A stretch of DNA of 62,704 nucleotides from Euryarchaeota archaeon UBA23 (GCA_002498725.1 DAIJ01000032.1:1-62704); one strand, 5' to 3'. Positions 18,854 to 28,720 are shown, counted from the first letter of the stretch. Notes: generated from the letters alone by a model not told the origin. Made by a program: numbers and translations.

Positions 18854-19669
18854 TTAGGAAAGAATTTCCGATTGTATAGAATGTAATTCTCTTAGTCCTT
18901 TTTCTGCCATGTCCATTAAAGAATTCAATTGACTGCGTGAATATGTGGACTCTTCTCCGGTACCTTGAACCTCAACCAGCATACCGTCACTTGTTCCAAT
19001 TACATTCATGTCAACATCTGCATTTGAGTCCAAAACATAATCCAAATCAAGATAGACTTTTTCTCCTATCAGTCCAACACTAATTGCTGCTACATCTACT
19101 GGAAGAACCGCACTTTCATGTGCAGATTTTTCCTCTATGCTAAGTTCACGAGGTTTCCAATCACGACCAGCATCAGCAGGCTTCCTGTCAGTAGCAGGTA
19201 GGCATAATCCTTGATCAATTAGTCTGCGTACTCCTAGTCTTAGTGCTATAGTCGCTGCAGTAATTGAAGCACAGCGTGTTCCACCATCAGCATTTAGGAT
19301 ATCACAATCCACAGTAAGGCTGTGTGGTCCTAATTCTTCAAGGTCTATTCCCGCCCGAAGACTTCTCGCAATTAGTCTCTCAATCTCATAAGTTCTCCCC
19401 TTTGCTCCTCTTCTTTCTCTTTGGAATCGTGAATCTGTTGAACCTGGTAGTAAACTGTATTCTGCATTCACCCATCCCTTAGTGGCATCTCTTGGAAACC
19501 AACGAGGTAGATTTTTTGCACGTGTACAACATGCTAGAACAACAGTTTCCCCTTGTCTGTACAATACACTTGCAAGAGCATTTGGTGTAAAGTCCAGTTG
19601 CACCTCTACATCACGCATTTCATCGCTAGTGCGTGTTAATTCTAGATCACTATCTTTGAACTTGGCCAT
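18854..19669 (-). CDS. rph: Ribonuclease PH (bacterial type)
   Basis: GWVNAEYSLLPGST, GRTYEIERLIARSLRA, DCDILNADGGTRCASIT, VAAISVG, LDLDY..DS.ADVDMNV, EVQGTGE. Confidence 0.92.
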   Translation of the reverse strand: MAKFKDSDLELTRTSDEMRDVEVQLDFTPNALASVLYRQGETVVLACCTRAKNLPRWFPRDATKGWVNAEYSLLPGSTDSRFQRERRGAKGRTYEIERLIARSLRAGIDLEELGPHSLTVDCDILNADGGTRCASITAATIALRLGVRRLIDQGLCLPATDRKPADAGRDWKPRELSIEEKSAHESAVLPVDVAAISVGLIGEKVYLDLDYVLDSNADVDMNVIGTSDGMLVEVQGTGEESTYSRSQLNSLMDMAEKGLRELHSIQSEILS

Positions 19670-19687
19670 ATGCAGCCGAATGGCTCC

Positions 19688-20245
19688 TCATTCTTCAACC
19701 GCGCGGCGTGCATGAGGTGGTCGAAAAGCGTCGACAACCACTGGATCTGTAGAAATATAGGGTCCTCCAATTAAGTCCACACAATACGGTACTGCTGCGA
19801 ATATCTCATCTAAAATTTCTCTAATCGAACGGGGTGATCCTGGTAAGTTGAGTATTAGGGTCGAGCCACGAATACCAGCAATCTGTCTGGAAAGTACAGC
19901 CGTCGGAACATGCTTCAGAGAGATTGCACGCATTTGTTCACCGAAGCCGGGCAGCATCCTCTCACAAACGGCTTCGGTAGCCTCTGGTGTTACATCTCTT
20001 GGAGCTGGTCCAGTACCTCCAGTTGTGATGATCACAGAACATCCTTCTTCACACAATTCAATAAGTGCTTCCTCAATTAATTCCTGCTCATCTTCAACCA
20101 ATTTACTTGAAACTGTCCAAGGCGATCTAAGTGCCTCTTCTAGGAATTGCTTGATTGCAGGTCCACTTCGATCTTCATATTCGCCAGCCGTGGCTCTATC
20201 GGAGGTAGTTAGAATTCCGAATTGACAGACATCGGCAGTGCTCAT
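19688..20245 (-). CDS. mog: Molybdopterin adenylyltransferase
   Basis: SDRA..G.YEDRSGP, TTGGTGPAPRDVTPEAT, LPGFGEQMR, NLPGSP, AVPYCVDLIGGPY. Confidence 0.94.
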   Translation of the reverse strand: MSTADVCQFGILTTSDRATAGEYEDRSGPAIKQFLEEALRSPWTVSSKLVEDEQELIEEALIELCEEGCSVIITTGGTGPAPRDVTPEATEAVCERMLPGFGEQMRAISLKHVPTAVLSRQIAGIRGSTLILNLPGSPRSIREILDEIFAAVPYCVDLIGGPYISTDPVVVDAFRPPHARRAVEE

Positions 20246-20486
20246 CAGACTTTGACAACAGCGCTGAGATGAAAATACACACGGTATAGAATCCTCAATT
20301 CCGAATCACTATCTTCAAAGACCTCCTTGCCAACGAGAGATACCCCAGAGGTGATGTGGTGACGAGTCTTCCCCAACCTACACTAAGAAACATCTCCTTC
20401 TGTAAAAGCACTGAAAATTCAGCGTCATATACATTAATGGTTGAGGAAGAAAAGTCCCACATCTTTCTCTGATCATAGGTGTTAAT

Positions 20487-22178
20487 ATGAATGAAGATGG
20501 AAAATATAAAGCGCAGATTTCAGTAGTAAAAGAAGAATGCCCCGATGCCGATGAGGCTGAAATAATTAATGAATTTAGACGATATGAAGAAGAGTTCCTC
20601 ATTCCTCCTGAAGATGCATTAAGGTCTGTATTAAGAAAATTTCAGATTGCTGCTGGAGTTTCTACATCAGAAATGAACACGCCTTCTCGTTCATCTCCAC
20701 CTGAGAAAAAGGTGACTAAATTCTCTGAACTTAAAGAAGAAGACAAGAATGTGACAATTGAAGTTTCAGTAATAAGTTACGTTCCCAAAATTCAGACAAT
20801 TCGCGGCGAGGAACGTCAAATTGCTTATGGTCGGATTGAAGATAATCCATGGGCTGGGGAAAGAGAAAGGTGGGATTTTACAGATTGGGGGGATAAATCA
20901 CAAAAACTCCCTCCCGGTTCTATAGTAAGATTAGAGGGTGTTTCAGTTAATTTTTGGAATGATCGTCGTTCAATCAACATTAACCGTTCTAGTAGAGTTA
21001 CTATTCTCAAAGAAGGCGGACAAGCTGTAACTAAGCCTAGTGATGAGCCTATCAGCGTGGCTGAAGCCTCGAATGCTGAGGGTATAGTCAATCTTGTTGT
21101 AAGAGTTATTTCTCGTAAAGATGACCAAATCGTAAAACGTGATGGAAGTGGTACTTTAGACATTGTAAGAGGGAAAATAGCAGATTCGAGTGGTACAATT
21201 GGTTTTATTTCGTGGAGTGATTTTAATCATGAACCCGGTTCTTTGATTAAAATAGATCGTGCTACGATTCGTAGGTTTAGGGATACACCAGAGATCAATA
21301 TAGGTGATTTAACAAAGATTGAATCCTATCATGATAATTCATTTGCTAGTATTGATGAACTTCAATCCACAAATCATTTTAGAATTTCAGATCTTAGAGA
21401 TGGCGCTCGTGATGTAGATATTACTATACAAGTCGAAAATTGGCAGTCACGCACTTTCACTAATTCAGATGGAGAAGAGAAAGTAGTTCGTAGTGGAGAT
21501 GTAATGGATCCAACTGGTAGATGTCGACTGACTGCATGGTGTGATATATCTCCTCAAGCAGGTTCTTTCATCCATCTTACTGGCGCTAGAGTGCAATATT
21601 GGCAGGGCTCTCCAGATCTAGTTATTGATACAGAAGAGCAAGTTGTAGACTTAGCGAATCCACCATGGGATTCTATTGATCCACAGAATCATTGGGTTGA
21701 TGTTGACCTGACATCTATTGTCAGTGGCGGCTCTAGAAGAGGTATTCGAACTTCAGGAAATATCGTTTCATTACGTCCTGATTGTGGGATTGTGATGCGT
21801 TGTCCGGATTGTCGAAGGGTAATGCGTGATGGGGTATGTGCAGAACATGGCGCTCAGGATGGTAATGAAGATCTAAGATTCCGTCTTGTTATAGATAATG
21901 GAGTTTCAAATGCTTCACTTATTCTTGGAAGAGATGCGGTTGAATCCTTTTCCCAATCAAATATAGATGAAATCCGAGACGAGATAAATAACAAGACAAG
22001 TTCAGGATATGTTGCTGAACTACGTAACAAGTATCTTGCTCGCAAAGTCATTGTTGAGGGGCGTTCAATAGTAGATAAACAAGGTGCCATGATTATGGCC
22101 GAATCTGCAAAAATAGATGACCGGTTGGCAAAAGATATTGCAAATGAGATTGTTTCAAAGTGGGGGGTGGTTCTTTGA
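20487..22178 (+). CDS. rpa: Replication protein A large subunit (multi-OB fold with Zn finger)
   Basis: Repeated OB folds (G.IAD.SG.I.F..W, GDVMDPTGRCRLTAW), RCPDCRR...C.EH zinc motif, DLRFRLVIDNG. Confidence 0.9.
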   Translation: MNEDGKYKAQISVVKEECPDADEAEIINEFRRYEEEFLIPPEDALRSVLRKFQIAAGVSTSEMNTPSRSSPPEKKVTKFSELKEEDKNVTIEVSVISYVPKIQTIRGEERQIAYGRIEDNPWAGERERWDFTDWGDKSQKLPPGSIVRLEGVSVNFWNDRRSININRSSRVTILKEGGQAVTKPSDEPISVAEASNAEGIVNLVVRVISRKDDQIVKRDGSGTLDIVRGKIADSSGTIGFISWSDFNHEPGSLIKIDRATIRRFRDTPEINIGDLTKIESYHDNSFASIDELQSTNHFRISDLRDGARDVDITIQVENWQSRTFTNSDGEEKVVRSGDVMDPTGRCRLTAWCDISPQAGSFIHLTGARVQYWQGSPDLVIDTEEQVVDLANPPWDSIDPQNHWVDVDLTSIVSGGSRRGIRTSGNIVSLRPDCGIVMRCPDCRRVMRDGVCAEHGAQDGNEDLRFRLVIDNGVSNASLILGRDAVESFSQSNIDEIRDEINNKTSSGYVAELRNKYLARKVIVEGRSIVDKQGAMIMAESAKIDDRLAKDIANEIVSKWGVVL

Positions 22179-23146
22179 TTCAGCAACCGAATTTACGAAG
22201 AGCAAGACAGAGTGCCATTCGGATTTTTGCTCAGGAATATATGGATGCAAGTTTACCGGAGGAAGGTTTAGGTGAGTTCGACCCATCATTTGTCATTACT
22301 AAACTTGGCGCCAGAGTTAATCGGGCATTGGTGGCTGGTGTAATAGATAGAATAGAAAGGCGAGAAGGCGAGAGTGGTCCCAATTATTCAGGAGTAATAC
22401 GTGATCCAAGTGGGACACATAGATTTAGTATTGCATCATTCCAACCTGAATTACATCCAGAAATTGAAGAATATCTACACAGATTTGACAGTGGAGATCG
22501 ATTCCTCATGATGCTTGTTGGGCGAGCCCGCTGGTTCGAATCAGAGGATGGAGGCGTGTTTACGTCATTTCGCGCAGAAGAATTTTGTGAAATTGATACT
22601 GAAAGATATGCAAATTGGCTTGTCGAAACTGCTGACGCAACCTTGAGTCGACTTGATTCCTACGAGAAATCCCTTGAGGCAGATTTAGACGAAAATTCGA
22701 TGAAATCTGCAGGAGTTTCTGATTATTTGATTAATGGACTTATTCAGGCACGTACTCATTATGGCGATTTTGATACTGAAAATTATCGAGTTGGGGTACT
22801 TCAAAGTCTATCGATGGCACTTGGTAATGAAATTTTGATTGAATCAACTCCAAATCCTGCTACTTCCGAAATTAAAGTTGAAGAAAATTCTAATTTTCAG
22901 CCTTCATTAGAAAATAAAAATTTGGAATCAGGAACAATTCCTTCAGGTAGTGTTAGTGACGTAATAATTGACACAATTCATTCACGTGATAATGGTGATG
23001 GAGTGGATTATGATACATTAGTACATGCTTCGGTTGTTGCAGGTTTTTCTCGTGAAGAAGCAGAAGATGCAATTGATCATCTTCGTGATGTTGAGGGGAC
23101 AATAATGGAACCGAGGTTTAGCTTCTTCCAACTCACTCCACAGTAA
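22175..23146 (+). CDS. RPA small subunit / RPA-associated protein (OB fold plus C-terminal winged helix)
   Basis: RIFAQEY, VITKLGARVNRALVAG, DPSG, C-terminal AEDAIDHL..EG.IMEP; overlaps the rpa stop. Confidence 0.85.
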   Translation: MIQQPNLRRARQSAIRIFAQEYMDASLPEEGLGEFDPSFVITKLGARVNRALVAGVIDRIERREGESGPNYSGVIRDPSGTHRFSIASFQPELHPEIEEYLHRFDSGDRFLMMLVGRARWFESEDGGVFTSFRAEEFCEIDTERYANWLVETADATLSRLDSYEKSLEADLDENSMKSAGVSDYLINGLIQARTHYGDFDTENYRVGVLQSLSMALGNEILIESTPNPATSEIKVEENSNFQPSLENKNLESGTIPSGSVSDVIIDTIHSRDNGDGVDYDTLVHASVVAGFSREEAEDAIDHLRDVEGTIMEPRFSFFQLTPQ

Positions 23147-24139
23147 CTATCGTAGCCCGGTAAGTATTTGTTCTGCTTCAGTCATCTTAGAGCGAATGCG
23201 TTCCATAGCTTCGCTTGAGTTTAGTATTCTATAGACCTGATCTGTTTTATCCGATTCATTTTTTTGAGAAGTAAATGCTGAGCAGCCCTTTTCTTCAGCC
23301 AGACGACTTGCTACAAGCAATACACGAGTTCTTACACTTTCTTGTATCATTGGCCAGCCCCTTCGTTCAGCTAATCTAATCAAAAGATCCTCCTCAATTT
23401 CAGACCATCTTCCTCCATGACCATTAAGTATGGTTCCGATCATTCGCTCTAAGTCATCAATCCTCTCTGAGATCTTTTTTAGATCATCCGAATCTCTATT
23501 ATCTAAATTTGAGATTCCCGAAATTAGCGTATCTCTAGCATCTTCTAAAACGTGTAACGGGAGAGGTTCAAGAAAATCTATCTTTTCATCAGAAACGTCA
23601 ATGATTACAATTTCTTCTTGATCTTTTTTCGAGATTATTTCTCCTCTATCGGATGAATCAATGTCGGATAGTCCATTACGCTTCAGACTTTTCTTTATTT
23701 GCCCCCATCCTCTTCCTTGACTATTCAGTACACCCGATACTCTCCCCATCAATACTGTACGAGTTCCAGTTAATGGCAATTCAAGTTTCTGACAAAGTTC
23801 ATGCAGTTTTTCTCTTTCCATCTCTGCTAGATATTCTACTCTCATACGTCTAGAGTCGAAATTAAGATGGAGCCATAGACGCTGTCTTCTTTCCTTATGT
23901 GATCCAGAAGATTTTATTCCAAATATCTTCAGAATAGCACCTAATTCTTCATGATTTAGAGCTTGTATTCCTTCCCATGAGAGATCTTCTCCACTTAGCA
24001 CCAGATGTCGAATCAGGCGGGCTCGAAGTACTTCAACGGATCCATTTTTGGCTAAATCATTGGATTCTGCCACTTCTCTTAGTGTCATAAGTCGTGAACG
24101 ATATAACTGATCAAGAAGTACTCTATCTACAGTCACCAT
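23147..24139 (-). CDS. Protein with three tandem SAP-like DNA-binding motifs
   Basis: LREVAESNDLAKNGSVEVLRARL, EELGAILKIFGIKSSGSHKERRQRL, KLHELCQKLELPLTGTRTVLMGRV. Confidence 0.75.
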   Translation of the reverse strand: MVTVDRVLLDQLYRSRLMTLREVAESNDLAKNGSVEVLRARLIRHLVLSGEDLSWEGIQALNHEELGAILKIFGIKSSGSHKERRQRLWLHLNFDSRRMRVEYLAEMEREKLHELCQKLELPLTGTRTVLMGRVSGVLNSQGRGWGQIKKSLKRNGLSDIDSSDRGEIISKKDQEEIVIIDVSDEKIDFLEPLPLHVLEDARDTLISGISNLDNRDSDDLKKISERIDDLERMIGTILNGHGGRWSEIEEDLLIRLAERRGWPMIQESVRTRVLLVASRLAEEKGCSAFTSQKNESDKTDQVYRILNSSEAMERIRSKMTEAEQILTGLR

Positions 24140-24249
24140 GTCCACCCTTGTTGTTACAGTGACATGCTCTAAGTCATATCGCTTGCGCATAATATCAAGC
24201 CATTATGGTCTAACTTAGACCTTCTAGGGATTAGCCAAATCCGGCTATT

Positions 24250-25329
24250 TCAATCATCTATATTTAACCAAGCATCTTTAGCTGGCTCTTTCCCTCTTCT
24301 AGTTCTTTGTTCGGGTAATTCGGAAGTCGCTATATCCAGCATTCGATCCCAATCACGTAACATTGCTACAGTTGCATTCTGATAATTAGAGTGTGCAACT
24401 AGCCTTTCCATTGATAGTGTATTTGTTCCATCATTTGATAGGATCTCAATTCTGATTTCCACATGTACTTCTGTATCAGTAACATCCCCCTCTGGATCAT
24501 GGAATGTAGATTCCATGGCGAGATCTAAATCCTGTTCTGCTTCTCTCATTATTGCACCTACTTGTCGATGTCGAACAAGTAAGCCAATTTTACTAAGCAT
24601 CTCTTCATCCATTGAGCCAATTAAATGATTTTGAACCCACCATGAACTTTCTCCCTCTACTTCTGAAATCAAATTTGCCAGTCTTACGGGGAAATTTCTT
24701 CTAGAAATAAATATTACAAGGTCAGAATAAGCAACTGGAATGAATCTGTGACCATGACTTTCTTCTGGCTCAATACCTAATACATGTCTTCTAGTTCTCC
24801 AATGATTAGAAGTATACACTTCTCTACTTGTTACAAATCCATCTATAGAACCACTTGATCTAAGATCTTCCATCCAAATTGCTAAATCTTTTTCATTTCC
24901 TTTTGGCAATTCAACTGAATTAATATTGGCATATGCCTTAGGGGAAAGAACTCTTATGTTTCTTCTATATCTGCGAAGTTGTCTTCTTACTAGGGGGGAT
25001 TCAGCAAGTAAAATTCCAAATCCAGGTTGATGAAAAAGGTCTTCTTCACTTACTAAGATTCGAGCGGGGCGTCGAGGCGTTCTAGCCCCAATAACCTCAC
25101 ATCCAGCTTCTAACATCTGTAATTGTTTTCCATGTAGTAAGTAAGCCGGTAAAGCCAATATGTCACATTTCACATCTTTTAGCAACTTTAGCCCTTCATC
25201 AAGATCTTTTACAGAAATCAAATCCAGCTCTAATCCTTCTGAATCAGAAGAGTTTCCAAAATCTTTCAATGCCTGACTTACACAACAATGCGGGTGGTCG
25301 ACAGATGCGACTTCTAATCTGTCATTCAT
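24250..25329 (-). CDS. Divergent hydroxymethylbilane synthase (HemC)-like protein lacking catalytic motifs
   Basis: Ordered similarity: L....CDILA, PRRPARILVS (cf. PREDPRDALVS), ESPLVRRQL (cf. SSLRRRAQL), IDGFV, FIPV (cf. LPAPGQG); no HSxKD and no GGC. Confidence 0.65.
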   Translation of the reverse strand: MNDRLEVASVDHPHCCVSQALKDFGNSSDSEGLELDLISVKDLDEGLKLLKDVKCDILALPAYLLHGKQLQMLEAGCEVIGARTPRRPARILVSEEDLFHQPGFGILLAESPLVRRQLRRYRRNIRVLSPKAYANINSVELPKGNEKDLAIWMEDLRSSGSIDGFVTSREVYTSNHWRTRRHVLGIEPEESHGHRFIPVAYSDLVIFISRRNFPVRLANLISEVEGESSWWVQNHLIGSMDEEMLSKIGLLVRHRQVGAIMREAEQDLDLAMESTFHDPEGDVTDTEVHVEIRIEILSNDGTNTLSMERLVAHSNYQNATVAMLRDWDRMLDIATSELPEQRTRRGKEPAKDAWLNIDD

Positions 25330-25418
25330 TCCGTCCACCTCGAGGGGGAGGCACGTAACGTACCCATCCATGGGCCTGCACACCTGTTGATATATGCACC
25401 CCCTCACCTAGAATCTGA

Positions 25419-26399
25419 ATGGTGACTCTGCGTAAGGCGAGGCAAGATCTAGAAAAGAGACGAAATATTGTCGATGACGCTCTAGAAAATCTAGTCCAAG
25501 AAAAGATATCTTCTTCTGAAGCACCTGCTATGATTCTAGCTAGAGATGTAATATTAGCAGGTGGTAAAAGATACAGGCCAATACTAGTTTTGTTAGCATT
25601 TGAAGCTGCAGGTGGTAAGGATAATTCAATAGTCATGGATCTGGCATTATCTGCTGAATTACTTCACACTGCCACTTTGGTTCATGATGACATATACGAT
25701 CAGGCAAAAACAAGAAGAGGAATACCTACTCTCCATTCAACACATGGTTTATCTCATGGAATAATTGGAGGAGATTATCTTTTTGTTTTAGGATTTGGTT
25801 TAGGTGGCAAATATGATTCTGAAGTCGTTGCTAGAATGGCTCAATCTTGTGCCAACATCGCTGTTGGTGAATTACTCCAATTCAATCACATTGGTGATCT
25901 CTCAACAACTCCTGAAGATTATTATTCAATCATTGATGGAAAAACTGCAGGGCCTTTTGCAAGTGCTTGTCAGTGCGCGGGTATGGTTGCCGGTGCTGAT
26001 GAAACAATCACAAAATCTCTTGAAGAGTTTGGATGGGAAGTTGGCCGAGCTTTCCAATTAGTGGATGATTTACTAGATCTAACAGGAGATCCTTCAATGG
26101 GAAAACCTCGAGGTACTGATGTCCATGACGGTAAAATGACTCTTCCGATAATTCATGCTTTGACTATGCTTCATGGTGCTGAAAGAGAACAGCTAGCAGA
26201 TGTAATACAGAACTTTAGCGATGATAGATGGCGCGAATTAACCAGTCTTCTAGAAATGTCAGGGTCATTTGATTATGTTAGGCAGTTAATTGATAATCAT
26301 ATTGGTCGGGCTCAATCTGTATTAGACAAACTTCCAGATACTTCCGCTAAATCATTACTTTTTGAAATAGCCAAGCAATCTCGAAGCCGCCGTACTTGA
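25419..26399 (+). CDS. Trans-polyprenyl diphosphate synthase, probably medium/long chain
   Basis: GGKRYRP, HTATLVHDDIYD..TRRG, GDYL, GKTA, FQLVDDLLD, GKMTLP. Confidence 0.92.
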   Translation: MVTLRKARQDLEKRRNIVDDALENLVQEKISSSEAPAMILARDVILAGGKRYRPILVLLAFEAAGGKDNSIVMDLALSAELLHTATLVHDDIYDQAKTRRGIPTLHSTHGLSHGIIGGDYLFVLGFGLGGKYDSEVVARMAQSCANIAVGELLQFNHIGDLSTTPEDYYSIIDGKTAGPFASACQCAGMVAGADETITKSLEEFGWEVGRAFQLVDDLLDLTGDPSMGKPRGTDVHDGKMTLPIIHALTMLHGAEREQLADVIQNFSDDRWRELTSLLEMSGSFDYVRQLIDNHIGRAQSVLDKLPDTSAKSLLFEIAKQSRSRRT

Positions 26400-26422
26400 G
26401 ACTATGAGTGAGTTTGATAATA

Positions 26423-27523
26423 ATGAGTCAGAGAACTGATTGGGATGTTATTGTAATCGGCGGCGGCCCTGCTGGTTCTACAGTTGCTCGTTACATCGCC
26501 CAAGGTGGTCTAGATGTTCTTGTTCTTGACGGGCGTGATTCAATAGGAAGTCCACTTCAATGTGGAGAGTTAGTGCCGAGTAATGATGAGATGAGAAGAC
26601 TATGCCCCGATGTTCCTGACATCGATGATCTATTACAAACACCGGAACATGCAATCTCTCTTCGAACATCCGAGATGCATTTGGTACCTCCGTCGGGACG
26701 CCCTCTTCGTTATCCTTTTGAGGGAATTATGTTGAATAGAGTCGCACATGATGAATGGCTTGTGGAATTAGCCAAATCAAAAGGCGCTGAATATTTGACA
26801 AATTCACGTGTTGATGCCGTTGATGGCGAATCCGTAAAACTCCGTGATGGTCGTGAATTCAGTGCTCGTATTATTGTAGGAGCAGGTGGTCATAGTGACC
26901 CCATACGTCGTATTTTCTGGGAAGAAAAAAGTCTACAAATCCCGATCAAATTCGTCCTAATGGATGGAGATTATGGGGATGCAGTAGAACTTCACTTCGG
27001 TTCTATGGCACCGGGTGGATATGCTTGGATGTTTCCTAAAGAGGGTGGTGCTAATATTGGCGTCGGCATTCAGAGAAAATTTGCTAAGGGGCGCTCGTTG
27101 AATTCTATTGCTAAGGAGTTTATTGGTAAATATGGAGAAGATATTAGTTTTAGTGGTGGTGGCTCACTTCCAATGTCAGGGACAATAGATAGTTTTGTCA
27201 AGAATAATCATGTGCTTGTTGGCGATTCAGCCGGTATGGTTCTACCATCTAATGGTGCAGGAATCACAATTGCAATGATTGGAGGGAGAATTGCAGGAGA
27301 AACAATAGTTTCCCATCTTCAAAATGGCATCTCTCTACATGAGTATGAATATGAATGGAATAGACAAATGGGTTCAGTAATGCGAAATTCAAAATTATCG
27401 TTCAAAGTAGGTAGTTGGATAATGAGGCTTCCTGATTGGGTCCTTAATCTCGCTTTTAATCCTCTAACCAAGCCATTTGTTTGGCGTTTTGTAACTTGTA
27501 GAAAACCATTTATCATATTCTAA
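26423..27523 (+). CDS. Geranylgeranyl reductase family FAD oxidoreductase
   Basis: DVIVIGGGPAGS, P.QCGE, R...DEWL...A...GA, APGGYAWMFPK, VGDSAG.V.P..G.GI. Confidence 0.92.
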   Translation: MSQRTDWDVIVIGGGPAGSTVARYIAQGGLDVLVLDGRDSIGSPLQCGELVPSNDEMRRLCPDVPDIDDLLQTPEHAISLRTSEMHLVPPSGRPLRYPFEGIMLNRVAHDEWLVELAKSKGAEYLTNSRVDAVDGESVKLRDGREFSARIIVGAGGHSDPIRRIFWEEKSLQIPIKFVLMDGDYGDAVELHFGSMAPGGYAWMFPKEGGANIGVGIQRKFAKGRSLNSIAKEFIGKYGEDISFSGGGSLPMSGTIDSFVKNNHVLVGDSAGMVLPSNGAGITIAMIGGRIAGETIVSHLQNGISLHEYEYEWNRQMGSVMRNSKLSFKVGSWIMRLPDWVLNLAFNPLTKPFVWRFVTCRKPFIIF

Positions 27524-27554
27524 ATCAACAGTTGGAACAACGACCTTGGCCTAC

Positions 27555-28265
27555 TTATGGTTTGGTGCCTTCCCAGATGGTGGCCATTCCAGGGAATACG
27601 ACTTTACCTTTCACGTTAACAAATCCAACCTCCTCCATCATTTTGACATATTCTTTAGTAGTTCCAAAGTGAACATAGGTTTTAGTCAGCCATTTCCAAG
27701 GATGGTCGGCAATACCGCAAACAATCCTTGCATATGCGCCTACCCAAAACCTCATCCAGAACCAACCAAAAAATCCATGAATTTTATTGATTTTTGCTGG
27801 ATCTACTATTACGACCTTTCCTCCTGGTTTTAGAATTCGAATTACTTCTGAAAGACCGGTTCTCTTATCATACCAATCCCGGAAAGAGAATAATGAACAA
27901 GCGCCATCAAATTCAGAATCTTCAAAGGGTAATTTCTCAGCTTTACCTTCAACGAAAATTGCTGGAGAATCTCCTCTTTCTTTTCTCTTAGAGTTAACTC
28001 TTGGCTCTGCCGAAGTTAACATCAAAGGACTTGGGTCTAAGCAAATCAATTCTCTCCCTATTACATCTTCAGCAAAACTTCCAGGGCCACAACCGATTTC
28101 GATTATTTTTCCCTCTATTGGCATTTTACTTTGTACTATTCTGCGCCATTTGTCTACTTGTCCTAATGTCGCAAAACGATTAATTTTGTCATATACAGGT
28201 ATGGTTGCCTCCAGATTCCTAATGAGCTCATCCCAGTCTTCAGGGCCAATGCTTTCGGAGTCCAC
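27555..28265 (-). CDS. SAM-dependent methyltransferase, MenG/UbiE-like
   Basis: YDKINRFATLG...WRR, EIGCGPG, G.AEKLPFED..FD, RILKPGG. Confidence 0.82.
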   Translation of the reverse strand: MDSESIGPEDWDELIRNLEATIPVYDKINRFATLGQVDKWRRIVQSKMPIEGKIIEIGCGPGSFAEDVIGRELICLDPSPLMLTSAEPRVNSKRKERGDSPAIFVEGKAEKLPFEDSEFDGACSLFSFRDWYDKRTGLSEVIRILKPGGKVVIVDPAKINKIHGFFGWFWMRFWVGAYARIVCGIADHPWKWLTKTYVHFGTTKEYVKMMEEVGFVNVKGKVVFPGMATIWEGTKP

Positions 28266-28392
28266 GAAGCCCTTCTGGAAGGGCCCTATATTTGGTTGGT
28301 TTGGGCTGTGGGGCAGTGATGAAAAACATACTAACCGTAGGTTAGCATGAAATACCTCTTTTGGATCGCCCGGTTCCCTGAGGATGTATTAG

Positions 28393-28710
28393 ATGAGTTT
28401 GTCAGATGTACTTCAGAGCATTAAAGACGCCGAAAACGCAGCAACTGAGAAGGTTGCAGGTGCTAAAGAACAGGCATCTGAGATAATCGCCGAAGCCCGT
28501 AAAGAATCATCAAAGATTATTCAATCTGCACAAGACGATTCAGTGTCTTCAACTGTACAAACTCTAGATGCAGCTCGCTCTGAAGCAAGTGGAGAAGCAA
28601 AAGGTGTTCAGAAAGAAGGCACTAAGGAGATTTCCAAAATACAAAAATCAGCGGATAAGAAAAGATCTGCTGCGGTTGATGTAATTATTGAATCAATTAT
28701 GTCTAACTAA
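28393..28710 (+). CDS. atpH: A-type ATP synthase subunit H
   Basis: 105-aa helical protein (IKDAE..A...A...A..IIAEAR) at the head of the operon. Confidence 0.85.
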   Translation: MSLSDVLQSIKDAENAATEKVAGAKEQASEIIAEARKESSKIIQSAQDDSVSSTVQTLDAARSEASGEAKGVQKEGTKEISKIQKSADKKRSAAVDVIIESIMSN

Positions 28711-28720
28711 GGTGGTTGAG

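Noticed and set aside
20246-20486. Small ORF or ncRNA between mog and rpa
   Set aside because: Only a 32-codon minus frame with no recognisable features; more simply a divergent promoter region
27787-28350. 187-aa plus-strand ORF and the many other 60-150 aa ORFs antisense to long genes
   Set aside because: Shadow frames of well-supported genes, with no motifs of their own
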